Positions 1-8,274 of a stretch of DNA of 64,000 bases are shown piece by piece (the first letter of the stretch is position 1; each line of letters starts with the position of its first letter). A model generated the notes under the pieces. That model saw only the letters and a program-made list of their open reading frames with translations, was not told the DNA's origin and made no database searches. The translations under genes were made by a program, and so were the position numbers. This DNA is from a virus. Where the stretch lies: positions 32,551-96,550 of the IMG/VR virus record IMGVR_UViG_3300023174_004998. One strand, 5' to 3'.

Positions 1-1529
1 CTACCATTCCAATAAGTGGCCGCAGTCTGGGCCAACACAGCATTAGCTGATGCGGTACTCATATACGGCCATTTCTGTTTGATTAGATCCACGGCGGCCT
101 GCGCTGTCAGCGTGGCCTGCGAGCCCATTTGACTCATGTACACAGCCATCTTTTTGTCATTGTTGGCTTCGTACACAATCATAGTCACTAGATACATCTT
201 GCCATCAGGTGCCTGGAAAATGTTTACTGTGCTGTTGGCTTCATTGGCACCATTGCCCAAGCTGGCGGTCATGGATGCGGCCTGTTTCAAAAAGTCTGTG
301 AATATTTTTTGATGAGCGGCTACATATTTTCCGTCAGAGCTTTTTAGCAGTACCTGTGTGCTGTTATGATTACCTGAAAAGTCCCACGCACTGACCAAGA
401 TATCTGTGCGACCATCACCATTGACATCAAGAAACTTGGGATTGTATGTAGAATAGGTGTTGGTATCGTAGTTGACCAGAGTAGTTGAAGTTACGTCTGT
501 GAATGTGCCACCACCTTGATTGCTTAAAAATTGTATGGCACTACGTTTAACAGTGTAGTCAAACGGACGACTGAAAACTATGACATCAGGACGTCCGTCT
601 GTGTTAAAATCATGCGATACCACACGCACATTGTGATCCAACAATGGTGCCGGGAGATCACCAACATAGTTGTAATTTAGTTGTCCACCTACAATGGTGT
701 ATGAATACATCTTTGTGGTACGAGCATCGCTACAAGCTGGGTTTACAACATTACAAGCATTGTCAGTGACAATGATTTGTTTCTGCCCGTTTTGTAAAAA
801 ATCATCTGCTACAATACTAGAACCACCCCATCGCAAATCGCCAGCATTGCCTCTACTGTCAATGTAAGGTGTAAAGTTGTTTACTCGATTGTTGATAGCC
901 AATGTGGTGTTAGGCCCATAGTCCACAAACAATAAATCTTTAAATCCGTCTCCGTTCATGTCTGCAATGGCACTGTCATGCGCCCAGACATTGGTCAACG
1001 GAATAGAGATACGATTGAAGTGAGAGCCTTGGTTAGAAAAAACATAACCCGGGCCGTAATGTCTCATGTCAGTGCTGGGTGCTACCAACATGTCTTGTCG
1101 CCCTGTGTTAAACAAGTCGGCAAATTTTACACTGGGTTCTGTGCCTAGGATTTCGTTGATACCTCCTGGAAACCATTGTGCTGTTCGGTCAACCAAGGTG
1201 CCGCCTTCCCAGGCCAGCAGTGTAAGTTTACTATTGCTCCAGGTTTCAGGAGTGGCATATTGCGTCTGTCGTCCTGCTAGTATAATGTCATTGCCACTAC
1301 CGGTGATGTTGGCATTGAAGGTATCAAATACCGGAGCCGCACCATCTACTTTGGTCAGTGGATCTATAGCAGTGGCCACTCTCACAGGAGTATGGTATGG
1401 AACTTCTGATCTTAAGTAGCCACCACCGGAGCCTCCACTGCCACCTCCTCCGCCACCCCCTCCACAACCAGAGAGAGCGACTGCAAAAGCAGAGATAGAA
1501 ACTGATAGTATAGTTCTTTTGAACTCCAT
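1..1529 (-). CDS. FG-GAP/VCBS-repeat lipoprotein (3' end beyond window edge; not in ORF track)
   Basis: Hand translation from ATG 1529: MEFKRTILSVSISAFAVALSGC-GGGGGGGGSGG (lipobox LSGC, Gly linker); repeated DxNxDGxxD motifs (DMNGDGFKD, DFNTDGRPD, DVNGDGRTD); frame open to position 1. Confidence 0.8.
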   Translation of the reverse strand, partial: MEFKRTILSVSISAFAVALSGCGGGGGGGGSGGSGGGYLRSEVPYHTPVRVATAIDPLTKVDGAAPVFDTFNANITGSGNDIILAGRQTQYATPETWSNSKLTLLAWEGGTLVDRTAQWFPGGINEILGTEPSVKFADLFNTGRQDMLVAPSTDMRHYGPGYVFSNQGSHFNRISIPLTNVWAHDSAIADMNGDGFKDLLFVDYGPNTTLAINNRVNNFTPYIDSRGNAGDLRWGGSSIVADDFLQNGQKQIIVTDNACNVVNPACSDARTTKMYSYTIVGGQLNYNYVGDLPAPLLDHNVRVVSHDFNTDGRPDVIVFSRPFDYTVKRSAIQFLSNQGGGTFTDVTSTTLVNYDTNTYSTYNPKFLDVNGDGRTDILVSAWDFSGNHNSTQVLLKSSDGKYVAAHQKIFTDFLKQAASMTASLGNGANEANSTVNIFQAPDGKMYLVTMIVYEANNDKKMAVYMSQMGSQATLTAQAAVDLIKQKWPYMSTASANAVLAQTAATYWNG

Positions 1530-1530
1530 A

Positions 1531-1590
1531 AAAACCCAGACTAGTTGAACTGTAAGCAGTATAACAAAGTCTGGATTTCTAAACAACTCA
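1531..1590 (-). promoter_or_regulatory. Hairpin (AAATCCAGACT...AGTCTGGGTTTT) overlapping a sigma70-like promoter TTGTTT-N17-TATACT
   Basis: Inverted repeat followed by a U-run on the minus strand; the -10 box lies in the loop. Confidence 0.5.
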
Positions 1591-1600
1591 ACTGTGGTTT

Positions 1601-1762
1601 TTATACAACAGAATTGGTATTGGATTTTCTCTCTTTGTGTTTGGCCAAGGCATCTGCACTGCGTTGTTGGAAGTCCACCATGCTGTGGTAACCCATCTGA
1701 TAACAAGGGCAATGATTACCCAAAATCTTACGGGCTAGCCAAATTCTAAATTTCTTAACCAT
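1601..1762 (-). CDS. small hypothetical protein (53 aa, MVKKFRIWLARKILGNHCPC...)
   Basis: Hand-translated ORF filling the gap, same strand as neighbours. Confidence 0.5.
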   Translation of the reverse strand: MVKKFRIWLARKILGNHCPCYQMGYHSMVDFQQRSADALAKHKERKSNTNSVV

Positions 1763-1845
1763 ATCTTAATCTTATGAAAAAAAGTGTTGGATCATTGCAA
1801 CGAACATGATCCACCATACATAAATTTCGTGTAATATGCGATCAA

Positions 1846-2667
1846 TCATCGTGGTGCAAACTCCTGTTGTAATTTGATATTGTCCATGAACTCTTTTTTG
1901 GTTGCAGGATCTGCTTGGAATACACCTTTTAATACTGTGGTCTGTGTCAAACTGGAGTGAGCCATGATGCCGCGATTCTCACAGCATCCGTGCGTGGCCT
2001 GTATGTACACACCTACGTTTTCGCTGTCTGTGGCTTTCATTATTTCCCTGGCGATGTCGTTACATAGTTCTTCTTGAAGTGTGCCACGACGAGCACACCA
2101 CTGAGCGATCCTAGTATATTTAGACAAGCCAATAAGTTTATTTGCGGCGATGATTCCGATGTAAGCAACACCAGACACAGGCTGATGATGATGACTGCAC
2201 ATAGAACGCAGTTCGCTACGAACAACAAGCATACCTTCATATCTATCTTGGCTATCATTTGGAAAAGCTGTTGCATCTGGTGCTGGATCATATCGACCTC
2301 CCATAATTTCGTTGTAATACATCTTGGCCAAGCGACGTGCTGTGCCTTTTGAGTTTGGATCGTTTTCACGATCAATCAGCAAACGATCAAGCACCAGTTC
2401 AAATGCTTCTGTTGCTTCATCAATTAAGATTTTTTTGTCTGCTTCACTGACATAGTCGCTAATGTTATCCCCGGCCCAGAAGCGTTTCTTATCACGTTTC
2501 ATTTTAAAACGAATAGCATCGCCTAAGTATGCTTCTTGATATCCGCCGTCGCCGGACATGGCGCCTATCCCAGTTTCTATTACTGCATCTTCATAGCCAG
2601 GATGATACGGTGCTTCGTCTACTATTTTTTTAGAATTTTCTAGATCTTCTGATGTAAATGTTGTCAA
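1846..2667 (-). CDS. folE: GTP cyclohydrolase I
   Basis: SMCSHH, GLSKYTR, LQEEL and HGCCENRG motifs; TTG start with GGAG SD. Confidence 0.95.
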   Translation of the reverse strand: MTTFTSEDLENSKKIVDEAPYHPGYEDAVIETGIGAMSGDGGYQEAYLGDAIRFKMKRDKKRFWAGDNISDYVSEADKKILIDEATEAFELVLDRLLIDRENDPNSKGTARRLAKMYYNEIMGGRYDPAPDATAFPNDSQDRYEGMLVVRSELRSMCSHHHQPVSGVAYIGIIAANKLIGLSKYTRIAQWCARRGTLQEELCNDIAREIMKATDSENVGVYIQATHGCCENRGIMAHSSLTQTTVLKGVFQADPATKKEFMDNIKLQQEFAPR

Positions 2668-2722
2668 TTTATTTCTCCGAGTTAGGGTCGAGGATGACCA
2701 GTCTTGTTGCTATTGTAACAGT

Positions 2723-2728
2723 TATTTA
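2723..2728 (-). promoter_or_regulatory. T4-like late promoter core TAAATA upstream of folE
   Basis: Motif recurs upstream of many genes in the window. Confidence 0.5.
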
Positions 2729-2736
2729 GATTTTTA

Positions 2737-3315
2737 TCAAGTCTTAATTGGAATATTTCTACAGTCAGGATAAACTCCGGGTTGTGAGTTTGGCTTAATA
2801 TCAGGCAGTAGTTCTAGTCCTTTAACGCATAATTCCAAAGTAGGGCAGTAGTGGTATCCAAGTATTAGATCGGTTTCAGTTTCCCACGGTATGCGCAGGT
2901 CTCTACCATCTGACCGTTGCCGGCTCATCACACGATATGCTTCTGGGTCATCCAACAAGATAGCACCTACCTTGCCCAACTGTAAGGGTTTGGTCCAGCC
3001 AAAGCTCAAACACTGCATGGTTCCTGGATTGTACATGTTGCGTTCCAATCTCCGAGCACTGTCCCAAATTCTTGTACCATAAAATTGATATTCGCCTGTC
3101 CATTTTTCAGTAATCATTTCATACTCAATATCAAGGTGATGCATGAGCATGGGAACACTGAGATAGGTATATGCTGTAAATTTAGTTTTTTTGACGCCAT
3201 CATATCGCATACACAATTCAAGAGCATGAGTACACCCGTCGGTCAAGACCACATATGGTGCTCCGGTGTAGTCAGCCAAGGCAGATTCAAAATCAAACAG
3301 TGCCTTGAAACTCAT
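2737..3315 (-). CDS. compact DegT/DnrJ/EryC1/StrS-family PLP-dependent sugar aminotransferase
   Basis: FESALADYTGAPYVVLTDGCTHAL, WDSAR, SFGWTK (PLP Lys), GAILLDD. Confidence 0.8.
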   Translation of the reverse strand: MSFKALFDFESALADYTGAPYVVLTDGCTHALELCMRYDGVKKTKFTAYTYLSVPMLMHHLDIEYEMITEKWTGEYQFYGTRIWDSARRLERNMYNPGTMQCLSFGWTKPLQLGKVGAILLDDPEAYRVMSRQRSDGRDLRIPWETETDLILGYHYCPTLELCVKGLELLPDIKPNSQPGVYPDCRNIPIKT

Positions 3316-4258
3316 CTAGTGTACCAAGCCCAGGCATGTTGAACCATGTGCTCCAAAGAAAATTTAGGAGCCCATCCTAGGGAATTAAATCGATCTGCGG
3401 ATGCGGTAAGCACAGCTGGATCTCCTGCACGAACTGGACCAATTTCCAGATCAACACGCTGTCCTGTTATTTTTTCAGCCATGTTGATGATATCGCGATT
3501 ACTGAATCCTTGGTTGGTTCCTAGGTTAAAAATACCAACAGGAACATCAGGGTTCATGGCCATGACATGTGCGTCGGCAAGATCCTCCACATGTATATAA
3601 TCTCTGATGCAAGTGCCATCTGGTGTGGAATAACTGTCACCGTAGAGAGTAAACGTTTTCCCATCTCTAATACTTTCAAGTACTCGAGCAATGATGTGTG
3701 TGGCTCCAGGTGCTTGTCCATGTCGTCCTTGACTATCAGCACCGCAGGCATTGAAATAACGGAATGCCACAAAATCTAAGCCGTATGCTGTGGCATAACT
3801 TTTCATCATGAATTCAACCATGAGTTTACTTTCACCGTAGGGACTGATAGGAATAGCAGGATCTTCTTCCTGGCACGGAGTCATGATAGGTTCACCATAT
3901 GTGGCCGCACTTGAGCTGAATATTACTCGAACATTTTTGTGATGATTTGCAATTAAAAAATCCAATAGAGTTTTGGTCTTGACAAAATTGTTGTGATAGT
4001 ATTCTTCTGGATTCATTACACTGGGACCAACCAAACTGGTTCCAGCACAGTGAATGATAGCATCTGGGCAAAATAACTTAATGGCATCCAGTCCTAGCTC
4101 GCTGGCAAAGTCTCCTGTGTGCCACGAGCATGGTACTGCTATCAAGTTGCCCGGAGGCATCACACGATCCATGGCAAGTACATCATGCCCAGCATCTACT
4201 AATTTGATAGAGTTTCGCCGCCAATATACCCTGCGGCTCCGGTGACCACGACCTTCAT
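3312..4258 (-). pseudogene. galE: UDP-glucose 4-epimerase with a 1-nt frameshift near 4209 (real lesion or sequence error)
   Basis: ATG 4258 gives MKVVVTGAAGYIGGETL then TAG (4199-4201); the rest (IKLVDAGHDV..., SSSAATYG, YGESK, FRYFNACGA, CIRDYIHV) is in another frame. Confidence 0.85.
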
Positions 4259-5454
4259 TGTTCGATCTTCACTACAGGATACTTGGCATGAGCCACATGG
4301 TCACGATATCGAGCACCACTACGCAACCACTTCTCGCCAGAGCCTTCAAGAATGTCAACAATACGATCCACAGTGCCGTTGTTCCAGTCTGATATCAACC
4401 CCATGTTGTGGTGTGGCTTTTCCAGCAACAAGGCCAGTTTGTTGAATGGGTCATCTTCGCTCCAAGGGATATAGAGCCTATCAGGGTCATTTGCAAAAGT
4501 TTCAGGGAAACTGCGATAAGCAGGATATAGAACATTGGCTCCGAGTGTATCTGCTTCACTGACAGTGTTTGAGACCCAATCTTGTAAAGCACAGTTGAAC
4601 AGCACACGAGTATCATTAAGGAGAGCATAGTAGTCATTCTTTGAAAGATTTTCAAAAATCTGTAGTGTGCCTTCATCGCTCATCTTACGGGCACGTTTGA
4701 CATAGTCGGGATTGTTTGAGCGTAACGGTCCGCCGGAAAACACAGCAAAGCTGACATCCTTGTAGACTTTCTGATATTCTTCAGCCAAGTCCATAAAGAA
4801 GCCAGGTTGTTTTTCTTGATCGAATCTAGCGGCAAAGCCCACACGTTTTTGTCGTTGTTCAAATGGTCGGATATTTTCCTTGCCACCAATGCGTTCCAGC
4901 ACTTCTTCCTTGCCAAATGCCAGGCCTGAGATGTTATAGATAGGTGCCTTCCACCCTGCGATACGCATGTGTGCTACCATTTCTTCATTGGTAGCTAACA
5001 CGCCAGTCACAAAGCAGTTGACCATTTTTTCATACGTCGACATCCATTCTGCCATGCCCCAAACATGAACGAAGTCATCAGGATCAATGGCCTGAGCAAG
5101 ACAGCGAACAAAAATACGAGGACGCTGGCTAGGATCCACTTGATCGAGAATATAAGGTAGGCTCTCGATACCGGGCTGAAACATGTCTTCAAAGTAGATA
5201 ACATCTTCATTGGTGACTTCTCCATTGCGCATCATTTGTACCAGATTCATCATTTGGCTCATACCAAAGTAACTGCGGCCGTGTGCATCTAGAACTTGGC
5301 CAACACTGATGCTCTGTGTGTTGTCAATAGTATTGCCAGGCACATAAACTACTTCGAGTCCTCGACGATCAAACACACGTCGATTCCACTCAGTTAGTTG
5401 TAGAGTGTATCGAGCTTCATAACTCTCTAAACCCATGTAAAATAATTTTCTCAT
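4255..5454 (-). CDS. GT-B fold glycosyltransferase
   Basis: C-terminal FAARFDQEKQP ... LSKNDYYALL ... SNTVSEA ... YPAYRSFPE, typical of GT4-like nucleotide-sugar binding domains. Confidence 0.75.
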   Translation of the reverse strand: MRKLFYMGLESYEARYTLQLTEWNRRVFDRRGLEVVYVPGNTIDNTQSISVGQVLDAHGRSYFGMSQMMNLVQMMRNGEVTNEDVIYFEDMFQPGIESLPYILDQVDPSQRPRIFVRCLAQAIDPDDFVHVWGMAEWMSTYEKMVNCFVTGVLATNEEMVAHMRIAGWKAPIYNISGLAFGKEEVLERIGGKENIRPFEQRQKRVGFAARFDQEKQPGFFMDLAEEYQKVYKDVSFAVFSGGPLRSNNPDYVKRARKMSDEGTLQIFENLSKNDYYALLNDTRVLFNCALQDWVSNTVSEADTLGANVLYPAYRSFPETFANDPDRLYIPWSEDDPFNKLALLLEKPHHNMGLISDWNNGTVDRIVDILEGSGEKWLRSGARYRDHVAHAKYPVVKIEQ

Positions 5455-5819
5455 GAAAGATATTCCTTGAATTTTTCTTCGTACACTCGATAGTCAATTT
5501 TTGTAATTTTAATATTTTTTTCCAAAGAAAGCATATCTAATGCCCAATCTAATGCCAAAATGCTGGGGTCATAAACAAACTGGTCACCGTCTTTCAAAGT
5601 ATGGTCATTGAAGATATCCGCTAAACTAGCCAGTACATTTCCTATAAACCAAATCTGATCAATGGGCGAACAATAAACTCCAGTGGGGATGTTTTCAGAA
5701 TCTGGAAAGATTTCGTACACTGCATCTTCAGTCTGTCCCTTGAAAAGTTGTCTTAAATTTTTTACTATTTTTTTATGTAGTATATAATTTTTTAGATCAT
5801 GTATGTAATAATAATTCAT
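5451..5819 (-). CDS. hypothetical protein (AT-rich)
   Basis: ORF with SD, ATGA coupling. Confidence 0.6.
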   Translation of the reverse strand: MNYYYIHDLKNYILHKKIVKNLRQLFKGQTEDAVYEIFPDSENIPTGVYCSPIDQIWFIGNVLASLADIFNDHTLKDGDQFVYDPSILALDWALDMLSLEKNIKITKIDYRVYEEKFKEYLS

Positions 5820-5848
5820 TGTTACCTTTCGGTTTTTGTTTTAATGAA

Positions 5849-6115
5849 TCACCGACGATCTACACGAGGACGTCGATCATCTCGACGGAAGTCTGGTCGG
5901 TAGCCTGCAAATCTGCGGCTATCCTCAGTCCACATATTTTTGGGTTCTTTGCCCGCTTCCAACTTACGGAACTGCTGGAACGGATATGACCGATTGTTGT
6001 AAAGATCTGCTGGATCATAGCGATAGCCATAGTCCACACAGAAGTTGAGATACTTGTCGAGGTCTTCCCAGACAGCACGACTACGAGGATTGGGTTTGAA
6101 CAGGGTTCGGCCCAT
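5849..6115 (-). CDS. hypothetical protein
   Basis: ORF with AGGA SD. Confidence 0.7.
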   Translation of the reverse strand: MGRTLFKPNPRSRAVWEDLDKYLNFCVDYGYRYDPADLYNNRSYPFQQFRKLEAGKEPKNMWTEDSRRFAGYRPDFRRDDRRPRVDRR

Positions 6116-6126
6116 ATTAGTTTCCT

Positions 6127-6576
6127 TTAAATAACAATTGAAAGATTAGGACGGTGAGTATTATACTTAATGAGGCAGCCGTTCTCACCATCTTCGGCCA
6201 CTTCAATCCACACTGCACGACCGGGATAACGGCCTGCAATTTGTAGATACAGATCGTCTGCGATCATCTCGCAAGACTTCCAGTCAAGTTCTAAAACGGA
6301 ACTTTGACCATTATACAGCGACTCGAGCCATCGTTTAAACTGGATGAACTCGATGTCCCGGTCATTGTGGAACACATCGATCCACACCCGGAAATGAAAA
6401 ATGTGCCTATGAGGACTAGCAAGAAACGAAACATCATACTCTCCCGCGGTGCATAACGCTGGGTCTGTAGCCGCCGCAGGATATTTATGGATACCCTCTT
6501 TGCGGAATGTGATCCAGATCTTGCGCTCTGCACTTTGCATGATCCGATCTATGGTTTCTCTTTCGCTGGCAATCAT
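6127..6576 (-). CDS. QueD-like T-fold protein (LxxxHRHxF variant, DpdL-like)
   Basis: EGIH ... FLASPHRHIFHF ... IEFIQFKR ... SCEMIA ... EVAEDGENG; lacks the canonical CxxxHGH; start moved to the ATGA overlap. Confidence 0.75.
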   Translation of the reverse strand: MIASERETIDRIMQSAERKIWITFRKEGIHKYPAAATDPALCTAGEYDVSFLASPHRHIFHFRVWIDVFHNDRDIEFIQFKRWLESLYNGQSSVLELDWKSCEMIADDLYLQIAGRYPGRAVWIEVAEDGENGCLIKYNTHRPNLSIVI

Positions 6577-6800
6577 TCTGCGTTCCTCATTTCTTGAATC
6601 CACTCATCCACACGAGCTTCGGCTTCGGGTTGGCTCATAGCTGGTACTGTGATACGATATGGTGTTCCTGGTCTATGACTGATATCGTAGCGTATAGTTC
6701 CACTTAGAATCATATCGTTTTCGTCACGTAACACAGTGAATTCCTGTAAGTGCTGAGCACGATAAATTGCTTGTTCTGCTAGTTCTTTAACGTCATTCAT
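6573..6800 (-). CDS. hypothetical protein
   Basis: ORF with SD, ATGA coupling. Confidence 0.65.
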   Translation of the reverse strand: MNDVKELAEQAIYRAQHLQEFTVLRDENDMILSGTIRYDISHRPGTPYRITVPAMSQPEAEARVDEWIQEMRNAE

Positions 6801-7312
6801 TTTGATTCCTTTTGTTGGAATGGCCAATCAGTTGATGGAGTTAGTGGAGTGGGTGATACATTTTCTTCTATAGTCTCATTATACGCATCTTCGTCTACTA
6901 AGTCAATCTTTACAGGACCTAAAATGGCAACATGATCGTCTTCAATTTCCCAATTATGATCGCCGTCGTACAACCAAGCAGTACCGCAACGACCATCCTC
7001 GTCTTCTTGATCCCAACGCAGTATGGCTTCAATTTCTTCTTTTTCCTCATCAGTAAAGTCATCATCAAACTCTACCCAAATACCACATAAATCATCAAGT
7101 TCACATCCCCAACCTACATCAGGACGACAATGCACACGATCCATTTCAGTATCATACACTGGGTCATCCTCTTCGCGAAAACCCTGCCCCCAACGCCAAG
7201 TCTCTGTGACCTGGAACCCACGAATGCTACCATCTTTTTTGCGTTCGAACACATCTACAAAGTATTCAACTGATTTCTTTTCCAGTGGAGTAATACGATA
7301 TAGTTTTGCCAT
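6797..7312 (-). CDS. acidic hypothetical protein
   Basis: ORF MAKLYRITPLEKKS..., start right after upstream stop. Confidence 0.65.
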   Translation of the reverse strand: MAKLYRITPLEKKSVEYFVDVFERKKDGSIRGFQVTETWRWGQGFREEDDPVYDTEMDRVHCRPDVGWGCELDDLCGIWVEFDDDFTDEEKEEIEAILRWDQEDEDGRCGTAWLYDGDHNWEIEDDHVAILGPVKIDLVDEDAYNETIEENVSPTPLTPSTDWPFQQKESK

Positions 7313-7313
7313 G

Positions 7314-7826
7314 TTATAGTACCTTGTCTTGAGTATATTTAGACCAGTCAGTAAACACCGAACGTTTTTGTAAAGCATGCAGACTGTGGCACCACACACC
7401 AGGATTAGTTGCACGGAAATCCTTGTCATCAATCTTGAGTGTGGCATTATATCCAAACTGTTGGATATAAGGTAGCTTGACACTGATCATTGGGATAAAG
7501 TTATGATATTCTACCAAAGCACTTTCTAACAAACCTTCTGCTTGGTTAACATCAAGATCTAGTGTGCAAAGACAATCAGCATCCAAACACGGGCGAATCA
7601 TTCCTTCCCAACTTCTCCAACCATCACCATCATTGGTATCCAACTTTGGAAAACTCTGATTGGCTCCAAAGTAGATATGTGTGCAATCATTGGCCAGGGC
7701 CATATCCATCACAGTGTCAGCATCTTGTACACCTACCACAAACAAAGTTTTTTGTCCGTATGCAGGAGAATGTTCTACTTCTGTGCCTACAAAGAAGTCT
7801 ACTGTTTCGTGTCCAGGTCTATCCAT
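7314..7826 (-). CDS. hypothetical protein in the DNA-modification cluster
   Basis: MDRPGHETVDFFVGTEVEHSP..., HIYFGANQSF; AGGA SD. Confidence 0.7.
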   Translation of the reverse strand: MDRPGHETVDFFVGTEVEHSPAYGQKTLFVVGVQDADTVMDMALANDCTHIYFGANQSFPKLDTNDGDGWRSWEGMIRPCLDADCLCTLDLDVNQAEGLLESALVEYHNFIPMISVKLPYIQQFGYNATLKIDDKDFRATNPGVWCHSLHALQKRSVFTDWSKYTQDKVL

Positions 7827-8274
7827 TTTTATTCCTATGAGTTTCACACAGAGTTGAGATCCATCCTTGGCCGCCTGTGGTGCCAGGGTTACCACATTGT
7901 TCACAGGTAACAGCACTCATACTTTCCGCCATACGTACCATACCGTCAATGATATCATCGCCGCCTGTGTAGTAAAAACGCAGTGTGCCAAACTTTTCTT
8001 TGACTTGATCCAGCGTTACTTGCGGAATAGCATCAGGAACTGGTCTCATATCTTCTGGTGGTGCGGTACTGTTAAATCTAATAGCCCAGCCACGTTGTTT
8101 TTCTTTCCAATCAATGTGATGTTGAATATTGCCCATGAGACTGTCTAGTATTTGAAACCAGCCATCGCCACATTCAAAACCCCAACACATGCAGGTTTCG
8201 GTCATAGGCTTGTTGCGATTGACCAGCATCTTGGGATACTTTTCACACAACAGTTTGTCCAGTTCTTGTTTCAT
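7819..8274 (-). CDS. hypothetical phage protein with C-terminal Cys motif
   Basis: GFECGDGW, QVKEKFGTLRFY, CEQCG...LCETH. Confidence 0.7.
   Translation of the reverse strand: MKQELDKLLCEKYPKMLVNRNKPMTETCMCWGFECGDGWFQILDSLMGNIQHHIDWKEKQRGWAIRFNSTAPPEDMRPVPDAIPQVTLDQVKEKFGTLRFYYTGGDDIIDGMVRMAESMSAVTCEQCGNPGTTGGQGWISTLCETHRNKNG

Noticed and set aside
2672-2704. Canonical preQ1 riboswitch
   Set aside because: Lacks the class I loop and A-rich tail; kept only as a low-interest candidate
4199-4201. TAG read-through or stop-codon recoding in galE
   Set aside because: The continuation is in another frame, and TAG, TGA and TAA all end intact genes elsewhere
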